Virus record (IMG/VR): IMGVR_UViG_3300029258_001230
DNA from: an uncultured virus (IMG/VR IMGVR_UViG_3300029258_001230)
Lineage: Duplodnaviria; Heunggongvirae; Uroviricota; Caudoviricetes
Length of the DNA: 20,000 bases
Reading direction: 5' to 3' (one strand)
The position numbers were made by a program, and so were the translations under genes. Shown here in pieces: positions 7,826-15,875 of the stretch. How positions within the stretch are numbered: the stretch's first letter is position 1; each line of letters starts with the position of its first letter. The notes beneath the pieces are model-generated. The model was not told the origin of the DNA, made no database searches, and saw only the letters and a program-made list of their open reading frames with translations.

Positions 7826-8352
7826 TCAAACTTTTCAAGAATTTAAAAGGTGTTAATTGTAAAGTAGTATTCAATAAAGGGTGTAATTATTATTCTCCAG
7901 AACTAAGTATTCAGCAAAAGGAGCAAATTAATAAGTTGGTTGGATTTTCCGATGGGTTGTTTGTTCATAGAAATTCATTCAGGGTAGGTTGGAGGGCAAA
8001 TACTATTGGAGATATTGAGTTGTTTGCATATTTCTATAAAAACGGGAAAAGACCAAGCCTTCCTGAGATTGAGTACACCTATTATTTAGGTTCTGTATCT
8101 ATTGGAGAGCCTTTTGATGTTTCGATTAATAAAGTTAGTGGTAGTTATGGGGAGTCCGATTACGTTAAATATATTGTCCGAACAAGTAAAACCAAAAGTA
8201 AGGTGTTGATAGAACATAAGTCTAAAAAATCTTATGGTTGGTTTTTGAAACCCTACATTGGTGGAAAAGCTACCTATCCAAACGATATGAGTATTACGAT
8301 CAATGAAAAATCAAAAAAAGAATACTACTTCAAAGCAAAAGGTTTTAAGTAG
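7777..8352 (+). CDS. Hypothetical phage protein (predicted beta-rich)
   Basis: ORF track; NKLVGFSDG..HRNSFRVGWR, LKPYIGG; true start uncertain. Confidence 0.7.
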   Translation: MDFSLRANKHFSRPLLVKLFKNLKGVNCKVVFNKGCNYYSPELSIQQKEQINKLVGFSDGLFVHRNSFRVGWRANTIGDIELFAYFYKNGKRPSLPEIEYTYYLGSVSIGEPFDVSINKVSGSYGESDYVKYIVRTSKTKSKVLIEHKSKKSYGWFLKPYIGGKATYPNDMSITINEKSKKEYYFKAKGFK

Positions 8353-8494
8353 AGTAGACCTTAAAGGTGTCAGGCTTTGCCAATTCTACACGGATAATCC
8401 TGATTTGTTCCATAACGATAAAAGGAAGCAATACAATATATTAGGAGGGGTTGATTTCCTGCCATTGTATGATGATGTAGAAGAGGATGTTTGA
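8303..8494 (+). CDS. Hypothetical protein
   Basis: ORF track; overlaps upstream gene by 50 bp. Confidence 0.45.
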   Translation: MKNQKKNTTSKQKVLSRVDLKGVRLCQFYTDNPDLFHNDKRKQYNILGGVDFLPLYDDVEEDV

Positions 8495-8535
8495 TTTAAT
8501 AAATTAATTTATTATATTGTACCATACACAAACAC
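8490..8535 (+). promoter_or_regulatory. Putative promoter with ACACAAAC leader
   Basis: TTTG(8490)-N19-TATATTGT(8513) then ACACAAACAC before ATG 8544. Confidence 0.45.
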
Positions 8536-8543
8536 ATTGAATT

Positions 8544-8825
8544 ATGAAAAAGATTACTATTCCAGACCTGATTGTTAATTTAGAGTCTAAAAAAAGGGTT
8601 GACAAACAAGCTCCCGAAGAATCCTTACCTGACCTATATAAGAAGATTGGCTATGGTTTAGCTTTAGAGTCTTTAGAGGAGTGTAAAGATTACATTATTC
8701 ACTCAGTAAAAGGGTTTGAAGAAGCTATATCTATTTGCCGAATGTTAATCAAGAACGATAGGAAGTTAAGTAAGGATGAAATATTGGAATCATTAAAATT
8801 GTTCTTAGAAAATAACGAGTTATGA
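8544..8825 (+). CDS. Hypothetical protein
   Basis: ORF track; ATGA overlap with next gene. Confidence 0.7.
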   Translation: MKKITIPDLIVNLESKKRVDKQAPEESLPDLYKKIGYGLALESLEECKDYIIHSVKGFEEAISICRMLIKNDRKLSKDEILESLKLFLENNEL

Positions 8826-9199
8826 AAGATGAATATTTAAGAGAAAAAATCATTGCTGAATCAAAAATCCAGTCTTTAGAAGCCTCCGTCAGTAGAGAAA
8901 AAGAGATTTCAAGTAAGGCTATTGAGTCTTTAAATAGTTTCGCATCATGGCTTATAGTGGTAGTCATATTTTTTCTAAGTATAATATCATGGAAGTTTTA
9001 TGACTCCAAACCTAAGTCGCAATTAGAGTTAGAGAATGAGCGTTTGAAACAAGAGCTTAAATTTAAGCAGGAGATAATCAATAGTTGGGAGGATCATGCC
9101 AACAGAATGAAAAGAATAGTTGGTCTTCCAGATACAGTTGAGTGGTCTTATAAGCAAAAGGTTATTCGCCCAATAGATACTCATAAATTAGAGAAGTAA
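8822..9199 (+). CDS. Hypothetical single-TM coiled-coil protein
   Basis: Hydrophobic FASWLIVVVIFFLSIISW followed by coiled coil. Confidence 0.7.
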   Translation: MKDEYLREKIIAESKIQSLEASVSREKEISSKAIESLNSFASWLIVVVIFFLSIISWKFYDSKPKSQLELENERLKQELKFKQEIINSWEDHANRMKRIVGLPDTVEWSYKQKVIRPIDTHKLEK

Positions 9200-9216
9200 C
9201 AAAATTTTGAAAACAA

Positions 9217-9645
9217 ATGGAAACAAAAAATTTACGAATAGGAAACTTGGTGGGAATAAAGAAAACCGCCCTACACGCTGACGGCTGCAATACTGAAAAC
9301 ACCTTCTTTGAAATAGAGGAACTAAAAAAAGACGTAGTGCAATTTAAAGGCTTTCACGCTGGCGAATATTACAAAGACTTGAAGGGAATCAAACTTAATG
9401 AAGGGATGCTATCTCTATATGGTTTTAAACGTTCAAGTGAGAAACTAATTTACTTGCCAATACCACAGATAAAATCTGAAATACACTTTGAGAAACACGC
9501 TTACGGGAACGTGATAACCTTACAAAGTAGTGTAGGGATGTTTGTTCCAAATGATATTCAGTACTTCCACGAATTGCAGAATCTATTTTTTTCGATTACT
9601 GGCGAAGAACTTGAATTAGTACACGAACGTAGCACTTGTGGCTAA
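9217..9645 (+). CDS. Conserved Bacteroidota phage protein (LRIGN ... HELQNLFF..TGEEL family)
   Basis: Characteristic terminal motifs; stop TAA is part of GGCTAAC box of site 5. Confidence 0.8.
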   Translation: METKNLRIGNLVGIKKTALHADGCNTENTFFEIEELKKDVVQFKGFHAGEYYKDLKGIKLNEGMLSLYGFKRSSEKLIYLPIPQIKSEIHFEKHAYGNVITLQSSVGMFVPNDIQYFHELQNLFFSITGEELELVHERSTCG

Positions 9646-9771
9646 CGTATAGTGGTATGGTGTCGTAGCGGATTAGAACGCACGAACCTTTGAATAATAA
9701 CAGAACTTAATAAATAGAATAAATGATTGACTTAAACGAAAAACCGCTATGCACTATACCACGTGTTACAG
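9640..9771 (+). repeat. attC-like site 5 (long type)
   Basis: GGCTAAC-gtata-GTGGTATGGTG-t-CGTAGCGG ... CCGCTATG-CACTATACCAC-gt-GTTACAG; 132 bp. Confidence 0.85.
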
Positions 9772-10679
9772 GCAGTACGGGTATAAATGTACTATCTCTT
9801 TTTGACGGAATGAGTTGTGGACAAATAGCTTTGCAAAAGGCAGGAATAAAGGTTAACCAATACTTTGCAAGTGAGATAAAACCACACGCGATAAAAGTAA
9901 CTCAACATAACTTCCCAAATACAATACAATTAGGTAGCGTATTAGATGTAAAAGCAAGTGATTTACCGAAAATTGATTTATTGATAGGTGGAAGCCCTTG
10001 CCAAGATTTTAGTTCAGCTAATAAAGAGAAATTAGGATTGCAAGGCGAAAAATCAGGGTTATTTTATGAGTATTTAAGACTTTTAAAAGAATGTGAGCCT
10101 AAATACTTTTTACTTGAAAATGTCGCAATGGATGATTATAGTTATGCAGCAATAAGTGAAATGCTTGGAACTTACCCAACTAACATAAATAGTGAACTTG
10201 TATCAGGGCAATTAAGACAAAGAAGTTATTGGACTAATATAGGTCCGGAAAGTTTTGATTTATTTGGAAATAGATACTCAATGATACCACAACCTAGAAA
10301 CAAAAAAATAAAGTTTCAAAATTTATTAGAGAATGGATATACAGATAGATTAAAAGCAAGGTGTTTACTTGAAAGCGAAAGTAGAAATCCGGGTAGTACA
10401 TTTTCATCATTAAGAAGATATATGATAATGGGGTTTATTAATGTTATTTTTAAAGACGAAGAAACTTATAATAAATACTCTAAAATGACCGAAGATGAAA
10501 TGAAATTAAATTTTGTTGATGGCGATATTAGAAAGCTAAACCAAACAGAAATGGAAAGGCTGCAAACAGTACCAGAAGGATATACAAGTATTTTAAAAAG
10601 AAATGAAGCAGCTTGTTTGCTTGGTGATGGATGGACTGTTGATGTTATTGCACATATTTTCGGATATGCACAGTTTTAG
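9723..10679 (+). CDS. DNA (cytosine-5)-methyltransferase, orphan
   Basis: Motif I VLSLFDG, motif IV GGSPCQ, motif VI LLENV, motif VIII QLRQRSYW, motif IX ERLQT, motif X LGDGW; no cognate endonuclease nearby. Confidence 0.95.
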   Translation: MIDLNEKPLCTIPRVTGSTGINVLSLFDGMSCGQIALQKAGIKVNQYFASEIKPHAIKVTQHNFPNTIQLGSVLDVKASDLPKIDLLIGGSPCQDFSSANKEKLGLQGEKSGLFYEYLRLLKECEPKYFLLENVAMDDYSYAAISEMLGTYPTNINSELVSGQLRQRSYWTNIGPESFDLFGNRYSMIPQPRNKKIKFQNLLENGYTDRLKARCLLESESRNPGSTFSSLRRYMIMGFINVIFKDEETYNKYSKMTEDEMKLNFVDGDIRKLNQTEMERLQTVPEGYTSILKRNEAACLLGDGWTVDVIAHIFGYAQF

Positions 10680-10685
10680 TATTGC

Positions 10686-10759
10686 CTGTAACACCGAAAT
10701 AACAAACGTCCGTAGGATGTTTAGTTATGGAGTGTTAAAGAGCGTTCCGAAGGAAATGC
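10686..10759 (+). repeat. attC-like site 6 (short type, 10686-10740) plus tail hairpin (10742-10759)
   Basis: TAACAC-cgaa-ATAAC-AAACGTCC-gta-GGATGTTT-a-GTTAT-gga-GTGTTA then GCGTT-CC-gaa-GG-a-AATGC. Confidence 0.85.
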
Positions 10760-10810
10760 GAACTATTTATGAAATTTTGACAAATCAATTAAAAACAATA
10801 TATTTAAACT

Positions 10811-11053
10811 ATGAATCATCAAAAAGGAACACTAGGTTATTTACGATCGAATGGCTATATTAAAGCGGTCAACAGAATAGAGGATTTGGCTAAAAGACAA
10901 GATGTTGTAGTTCACGACATTGAGAACCCGTTATTTGTTGTAGATTTTACAGAGTCAGAAGAGGGTGCGGTTTTTTGGAAAAAGTTTCTCTCTGGGGATT
11001 TTGAATCATTAATAGTAAAAGAACATGAACATTTATTAAATTTAGAAGTATGA
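10811..11053 (+). CDS. Hypothetical protein (F.ES.EG..FW motif)
   Basis: ORF track; ATGA overlap with next gene. Confidence 0.7.
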   Translation: MNHQKGTLGYLRSNGYIKAVNRIEDLAKRQDVVVHDIENPLFVVDFTESEEGAVFWKKFLSGDFESLIVKEHEHLLNLEV

Positions 11054-11322
11054 AAAGAGGCTTTAAATGGTGGGTAGAACTTTACGAGAAAAACGAGTTA
11101 ACCCAAATTTTATCAGCAGGAGGATTAATGTGCCTATGTGCTATAATAGCAAACTTTAACGATGACTTCATGTATGGGGTTGTCTTTTTTGCTTTATTGT
11201 TTGCCGTAATGATTCTGAGATATATTGTTTATGCTTGGATTATTTACCCAATTAAAGCGAAGAAAGAAAGCAGGCAAAGAAAGTTAAACAAGGATAAAGA
11301 ACTTTTCGGGGATGATAATTAA
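11050..11322 (+). CDS. Hypothetical membrane protein (2 TM)
   Basis: Two hydrophobic segments, basic tail. Confidence 0.7.
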   Translation: MKRGFKWWVELYEKNELTQILSAGGLMCLCAIIANFNDDFMYGVVFFALLFAVMILRYIVYAWIIYPIKAKKESRQRKLNKDKELFGDDN

Positions 11323-11443
11323 GGTTATACTGGTAGCTATTGTTTTAGAGTTGTTTTTAAAACCCAGATTGGATAGAACTAATCAAGGTGTATGGCTATT
11401 GTGGTATGGTCGTAAAAACAGAGACTACATTAAATTGAATTAG
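11312..11443 (+). CDS. Hypothetical 43-aa membrane-anchored peptide (not in ORF track)
   Basis: MIIKVILVAIVLELFLKPRLDRTNQGVWLLWYGRKNRDYIKLN*; fills the gap between 11322 and 11446. Confidence 0.55.
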   Translation: MIIKVILVAIVLELFLKPRLDRTNQGVWLLWYGRKNRDYIKLN

Positions 11444-11445
11444 AT

Positions 11446-11838
11446 ATGTTTGGATTAAGAAAAAAAGTTAAGCAGTTAGAGCGTGATTTACGAAGTATTC
11501 AGTTAGGTTTAGGTTCTACTCCTAACAGGTTGGGCAGTCAAGAAAGGCGAATTGATAAATTAGAGAAGAAGTTTAGGGAGCAAGAATTAGATGGTTTTAA
11601 GCGAGATAACCCTCCTAAGTTTGAGTTAGGTTCTGTTCATGAAAAAGAGTCTAAAAATGGAGAGGTAGTTGATTTTGTGATAATCGGGGTCAAGCCTTAT
11701 AGGTCTGTTAGTGATAACCCTGTGACTAATCCGTTAAAACTTAAAGGTACGAGTTACGGAAAACCTAATACTTATCTTTACACCCTGAAAACAAAGGATG
11801 GAAAAGTAGAAAAAGCTCTTCTTGAAGAAGAATTATAA
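11446..11838 (+). CDS. Hypothetical protein
   Basis: ORF track, 130 aa. Confidence 0.7.
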   Translation: MFGLRKKVKQLERDLRSIQLGLGSTPNRLGSQERRIDKLEKKFREQELDGFKRDNPPKFELGSVHEKESKNGEVVDFVIIGVKPYRSVSDNPVTNPLKLKGTSYGKPNTYLYTLKTKDGKVEKALLEEEL

Positions 11839-11866
11839 AATAAACAGTAAATAAATAAACCGAATC

Positions 11867-12505
11867 ATGGCAAAAACAAAGATTTTTTTAGATATGGAGT
11901 TTACAGGGCTTCATAAGTTAACAACACCTGTATCAATAGCTTTAGTATCAGAAAATGGACGTGAATACTATGCGGAATTTACGGATTATGATAAGCTTCA
12001 AGTAGATGATTTTATCGCTCAAATGGTAATAAAGAATCTTACTCTTGATGAGTATGTTTTTGAACGGGATTACGATCCAAATGCAAAAAGCGTTTTAGTA
12101 AAAGGGGATAGCGATTTAATTCGCCAAACTTTAGAGAAGTGGTTAGAGCAATTCAAAGATGATGGAGTTGAAATATGGGGTGATGTTCCAACGTATGATT
12201 GGGTTCTATTCGCTAGTATTTTTGGGAGTGCTTTGGATATTCCAAGCCATGTGTACTATATTCCGTTAGATATTTCTACGGTAATGAGGACTTGCGGAGT
12301 TGATCCAGATGTAAATAGAGAAGAATTTGCTTATAATGGAGCAATTCCTAAAGAAGTAGATAGTGGCAAGCACAACGCTTTAACCGATGCAAAGACTATG
12401 ATTGAGTGTTATAAACGCTTATTAGAGATAAGCACAGAGTCTAAATCAAGTGAAGAAACCTCTGGAGAAGATATTGAAACAGTAGAAACAGAAGAAGTTG
12501 ATTAA
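11867..12505 (+). CDS. DEDDh 3'-5' exonuclease (Rv2179c/DUF5051-like exoribonuclease)
   Basis: Exo I IFLDMEFTGL, Exo II YDWVLF, Exo III HNALTDA. Confidence 0.85.
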   Translation: MAKTKIFLDMEFTGLHKLTTPVSIALVSENGREYYAEFTDYDKLQVDDFIAQMVIKNLTLDEYVFERDYDPNAKSVLVKGDSDLIRQTLEKWLEQFKDDGVEIWGDVPTYDWVLFASIFGSALDIPSHVYYIPLDISTVMRTCGVDPDVNREEFAYNGAIPKEVDSGKHNALTDAKTMIECYKRLLEISTESKSSEETSGEDIETVETEEVD

Positions 12506-12629
12506 ATGTTATGATTCAACTCTGATGTCATACGTTGTAAGAGGACGCACAGGACAACCAACAACACAAAAGGTTGACTATTGACATAAGAAAGAATAGC
12601 TAAGGACTGTGTGAGGGTTTCGTAATAAT

Positions 12630-12830
12630 AAAAGCGGTAAGGGAGTGAGGCGGTGAGCTTTAAAATAGGTGGCGGTGCGTACGACTGAAAGTTAATTGAC
12701 CGTTTAAATAACTACCTACCCTTATCGCTTTTCTTTGTAAGTATAAAATCCATAGACGGTGAGGTATAGCGTCTGTTTAGAAATAGTAGTCACAGATTGT
12801 GGCTTCAAGTATATTCAGACAGCCGTCTAT
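12630..12830. other. Structured non-coding region (candidate ncRNA)
   Basis: AAAAGCGGTAAGGG (12630-12643) pairs with CCCTTATCGCTTTT (12719-12732); ATAGACGG (12752-12759) pairs with CCGTCTAT (12823-12830); nested inner stems. Confidence 0.4.
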
Positions 12831-12836
12831 ATAATT

Positions 12837-12912
12837 ATTGAACACCGTTATAACCTCCGTGCGAAGCCATGGAGGGTTATGTGGTGTTACGAGCCGTTGC
12901 GAAGCTAATGGC
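12837..12912 (+). repeat. attC-like site 7 (short type, 12837-12892) plus tail hairpin (12893-12912); solo copy
   Basis: AACACC-gtt-ATAACC-TCCGTG-cgaagc-CATGGA-g-GGTTAT-gt-GGTGTT then GCCGTT-GC-gaa-GC-t-AATGGC and T-tract; near-identical to site 3. Confidence 0.85.
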
Positions 12913-12938
12913 GTTTTCTTTTTTTTAATAATAGAACA

Positions 12939-13460
12939 ATGGATAATAATGAAATCAAGACATTCGTAATTTTAGGGATGCACCGATCAGCAACTTCTTT
13001 AGTTGCTAAATCAATGAATGAAAATGTGTTTATGGGGTATAATGAGGAGATGTTACCTCCAGCTCCAGACAATCCAGAAGGATTCTTTGAAAATAAAAGA
13101 TTTTTAGAGTTGAATGATGCTATACTTCATAAGGCAGGGGGTAACTGGTTAGAACCACCTTTAAAAGAAGCGATTTTAGAGCAGAAGAGTGAGTTTTTGA
13201 GTGATATTACCTCAATCGTAAATGAATATAACGAGAATGGCTTAAATTGGGGATGGAAAGACCCTAGAACAAGTTTGACTATTCCTTTGTTTCACGAACA
13301 TCTTATAAATCCTCACTATATTAGCGTGTTTAGAGAGCCTTTAGAGGTTGCTAAGTCATTAAATAGGCGTAATGGTATTTCAATTGAGAAAGGAATGTTA
13401 TGCGCTAAGGAATACAATTACCGAATCATTCAGTTTTTGAGTGAGTTTGGATTGAAGTAA
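12939..13460 (+). CDS. Sulfotransferase family protein
   Basis: ILGMHRSATS (PAPS 5'-phosphosulfate loop), NPEGFFE, WGWKDPRT, FREPLEVAKSL (3'-phosphate-binding R..S). Confidence 0.85.
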   Translation: MDNNEIKTFVILGMHRSATSLVAKSMNENVFMGYNEEMLPPAPDNPEGFFENKRFLELNDAILHKAGGNWLEPPLKEAILEQKSEFLSDITSIVNEYNENGLNWGWKDPRTSLTIPLFHEHLINPHYISVFREPLEVAKSLNRRNGISIEKGMLCAKEYNYRIIQFLSEFGLK

Positions 13461-13480
13461 TTAATAATATTATAGCAAAT

Positions 13481-13512
13481 AAAAAGCCTCTACTTAATCG
13501 TGGAGGTTTTTT
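13481..13512. terminator. Bidirectional terminator between the converging arms
   Basis: AAAAAGCCTCTAC-ttaatc-GTGGAGGTTTTT, A-tract left and T-tract right. Confidence 0.8.
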
Positions 13513-13619
13513 GTTTTCGGGTGTTTTTAAAAAGGTTTTCAATCTTCCTGAGATTAAATAGCCCTAAGAAGTATAATCCAATTAGGGCTAGAATAATAAT
13601 CGTCTTTAATACAATCATT

Positions 13620-13829
13620 TTAGCAGGCTAATTTAACGATTGTTCTGTTCTCGAAAGCTGAGAGCTTTTTAGCTTCCTTTAAGTTTTCTCGTTCTTCTCT
13701 TGTCTTCTTAAACCAATCTCTGTTAATCGGAGTTAATCCGTAGTTAATTTCGTCCTGAACGATTCTTCTTAAACTCTCCGCTTGAGCGATAATCTGTTGG
13801 ATTGATAAATTCTTTCTTTCTGGTTTCAT
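13620..13829 (-). CDS. Hypothetical protein
   Basis: ATG 13829 (MKPERKNL...) preferred; preceded by AAACACAAA leader motif. Confidence 0.65.
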   Translation of the reverse strand: MKPERKNLSIQQIIAQAESLRRIVQDEINYGLTPINRDWFKKTREERENLKEAKKLSAFENRTIVKLAC

Positions 13830-14273
13830 AATTTTAAAATTTGTGTTTGATAAATATACTAATAAAAAACAAGACATAGGATTATAATAAGCTCTATAAA
13901 GCAGATTATAGTAACCATTCCAATTATTCTTTGCTGTTCTTTGATTTTGTGATATGATCTTATGATTAGATCATCTTGTTTAGATAAGTTTGATTTCATG
14001 AGTCTTGGGATAATGTTAGTATTAAGGTCAATATACAAAAAAGTGAAAATCTAGGCAATAAAGGATACGGTATTGTCTCTACAAATAAAACGATTATAAA
14101 GAATAGGTAAACCCTAAGATAATTTTTTATGTGCCGACAAGCCCTTTTAAACAAATTGTTTTGGTTATAATTATCACGCATTACTTCTTTTTTTTTAGAG
14201 GTACGAGATTACTATTTACATAGTAAGCATCTTTGTCCTTTCTGTATTTTTTTCAAACTTGTAGTATTTCATT

Positions 14274-14663
14274 TTAAAAGTGATTATTTGCTACTAAGGT
14301 AATAAATATAGCCCACATTATAAGGAGTACCCAAAAGGTTACTGAAAACAGATTGTTTAATTCAGAGCTTCCCTTCGCCCAAGATTTAAGAGTGAACCAT
14401 TTGTTGTGCCAAGGGTGATTGGAGGCGGAAGCATAGCGATTAAATAGATTAACGAGTATCCAAGTCGGGAAAACCAATAAGTGTTTAGCAATATATTTTG
14501 TGTGTAGCATGATCCTATCGAGCCAAGATGATTGCTTAAAGGTCAATTTGTATGTCTCTGACTTGTCTATGTTTTTAAAACTTAATTCGACTCGTTGCTT
14601 TTTATCTGTATCACTCAAGTCTATTGTTTGTTTAGGGTGTTTAAACGGTTTATGTAGGATCAT
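14274..14663 (-). CDS. Hypothetical membrane protein
   Basis: ORF track; C-terminal hydrophobic helix. Confidence 0.65.
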   Translation of the reverse strand: MILHKPFKHPKQTIDLSDTDKKQRVELSFKNIDKSETYKLTFKQSSWLDRIMLHTKYIAKHLLVFPTWILVNLFNRYASASNHPWHNKWFTLKSWAKGSSELNNLFSVTFWVLLIMWAIFITLVANNHF

Positions 14664-14673
14664 TCTTGATGTG

Positions 14674-14874
14674 TTAAAAAAGGTAGTTAATAATAATTAT
14701 AGATACAATACATATACCGTATATAATCACTTTTGTTACTATATAAGGTATGTCTGGTTTAAAGCTAGTTGAACACTCTCTTGTTCTAGTGTTTGATTCG
14801 TTATCTGTTACCATTTCTGCATAGGGTTGTTTGAAATTTATGCCAAAATCAGCTTTCTTTTGTAGGTCTTTCAT
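14674..14874 (-). CDS. Hypothetical protein with C-terminal TM helix
   Basis: ORF track; tandem packing with neighbours. Confidence 0.6.
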   Translation of the reverse strand: MKDLQKKADFGINFKQPYAEMVTDNESNTRTRECSTSFKPDIPYIVTKVIIYGICIVSIIIINYLF

Positions 14875-14883
14875 AGATTATTT

Positions 14884-15132
14884 TTAAAATTCAAGATCTG
14901 ATTTGTCTATTTGCATTTTACCAGTCCATTTGATGTTTACCCAAGCCTTTTGCAATGGGTTTTTGCAATCTTTTAATAGTAAGGGAATACTGAAAACAAC
15001 CTTGTAAGGGCGATTCTTCATAAAATCAGTCTTAATGATATGCGCACCTATTTTAATAAAGTTTATTTTATTAAGAGGTACGTTTATTATTAGAGAGTCT
15101 CCTTCTTTGTATCGGTTTAATTTATTACTCAT
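14884..15132 (-). CDS. Hypothetical protein
   Basis: ORF track frame; ATG 15132 (MSNKLNR) preferred over TTG 15153. Confidence 0.6.
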   Translation of the reverse strand: MSNKLNRYKEGDSLIINVPLNKINFIKIGAHIIKTDFMKNRPYKVVFSIPLLLKDCKNPLQKAWVNIKWTGKMQIDKSDLEF

Positions 15133-15232
15133 GTCTTCTAAATATTCTTTCAATTAAGTTCCTTTGTTTGAGTATATGCAAGTCTGATTTGAGGTTAGTT
15201 ACTTCGCTTTCCAATCGCTTTACCTCTTTCAT
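15125..15232 (-). CDS. Possible 35-aa coiled-coil peptide (not in ORF track)
   Basis: MKEVKRLESEVTNLKSDLHILKQRNLIERIFRRHE*; fills gap and overlaps next start. Confidence 0.4.
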   Translation of the reverse strand: MKEVKRLESEVTNLKSDLHILKQRNLIERIFRRHE

Positions 15233-15267
15233 TAGTCTAATCTCTCTATTAGTAGCTCTAAGCTTGT

Positions 15268-15453
15268 TTAATTTCGGCATACGTCTATCTTTCTAATATT
15301 TGATACAATCTCTGCTTTAGTCTTTTTAGCAACATGGTCGGCGAAGTCTTTTAGGAAGTAATGCAGGTATTGACCACCCCCTTCTTTCTCTATCCTTTGA
15401 TTAGAATCACAATCCATTTTTGCTAGGTAATTGGATATTTCTTTTGGCGTCAT
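15268..15453 (-). CDS. Hypothetical protein
   Basis: ORF track; ATGA overlap with upstream gene. Confidence 0.6.
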   Translation of the reverse strand: MTPKEISNYLAKMDCDSNQRIEKEGGGQYLHYFLKDFADHVAKKTKAEIVSNIRKIDVCRN

Positions 15454-15872
15454 ATTTTTTTTGATTCTATTAATTCTCTATTGTGGCTTAATACTTCTTG
15501 TATTTCATTAATAGAAGATTCAGCTATATTGATAGCATATTTTATAGATTCTTCGGGAGTGTCAAAATTTTTAGTTCCTTCTGACCACATCGCAGATGAA
15601 CCCCCAGCTTTATCTTTTTCCGAGTTTATAAAAGATGAGTAGGTAGTTACCTTTCCCCCTTCTCCATCCCATACTATATTTTCGAGAACCTCCATACTAC
15701 CTAAAGTAGCGCTGTAATGATAAGACGTTACCTCCCAAATATTAGCCTTCCAATTACCGCCAACTTTCTCTTTTAGTCTATTTGCTAATCTTTTCGATAA
15801 TTCTAAGGACTCTTTTTTGGATAAGGGAACACGACACCCCTTGAACTGTGTATTTTCTAAATTAGGAATCAT
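15450..15872 (-). CDS. Hypothetical protein
   Basis: ORF track, 140 aa. Confidence 0.7.
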   Translation of the reverse strand: MIPNLENTQFKGCRVPLSKKESLELSKRLANRLKEKVGGNWKANIWEVTSYHYSATLGSMEVLENIVWDGEGGKVTTYSSFINSEKDKAGGSSAMWSEGTKNFDTPEESIKYAINIAESSINEIQEVLSHNRELIESKKI

Positions 15873-15875
15873 AAT

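Larger units (their letters stand above)
9640..10692 (+). mobile_element. Putative gene cassette carrying the DNA methyltransferase
   Basis: Bounded by sites 5 and 6; GTTACAGGCAGTAC (9765-9778) is the reverse complement of GTATTGCCTGTAAC (10679-10692) at 13/14 positions. Confidence 0.7.

Noticed and set aside
9723..10679. Complete restriction-modification system
   Set aside because: No adjacent endonuclease-like gene; the MTase is alone between two sites.
10603..10863. 86-aa ORF spanning site 6
   Set aside because: Overlaps both the MTase and the next gene and runs through the palindrome; likely incidental.
12506..12836. tRNA or tmRNA in the long intergenic region
   Set aside because: No cloverleaf with a T-loop GTTCRA and acceptor stem could be found by eye.
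13996..14181. 61-aa minus-strand hydrophobic ORF
   Set aside because: Could be real, but it sits in low-complexity AT-rich sequence with no motif or coupling support, so it was not called.
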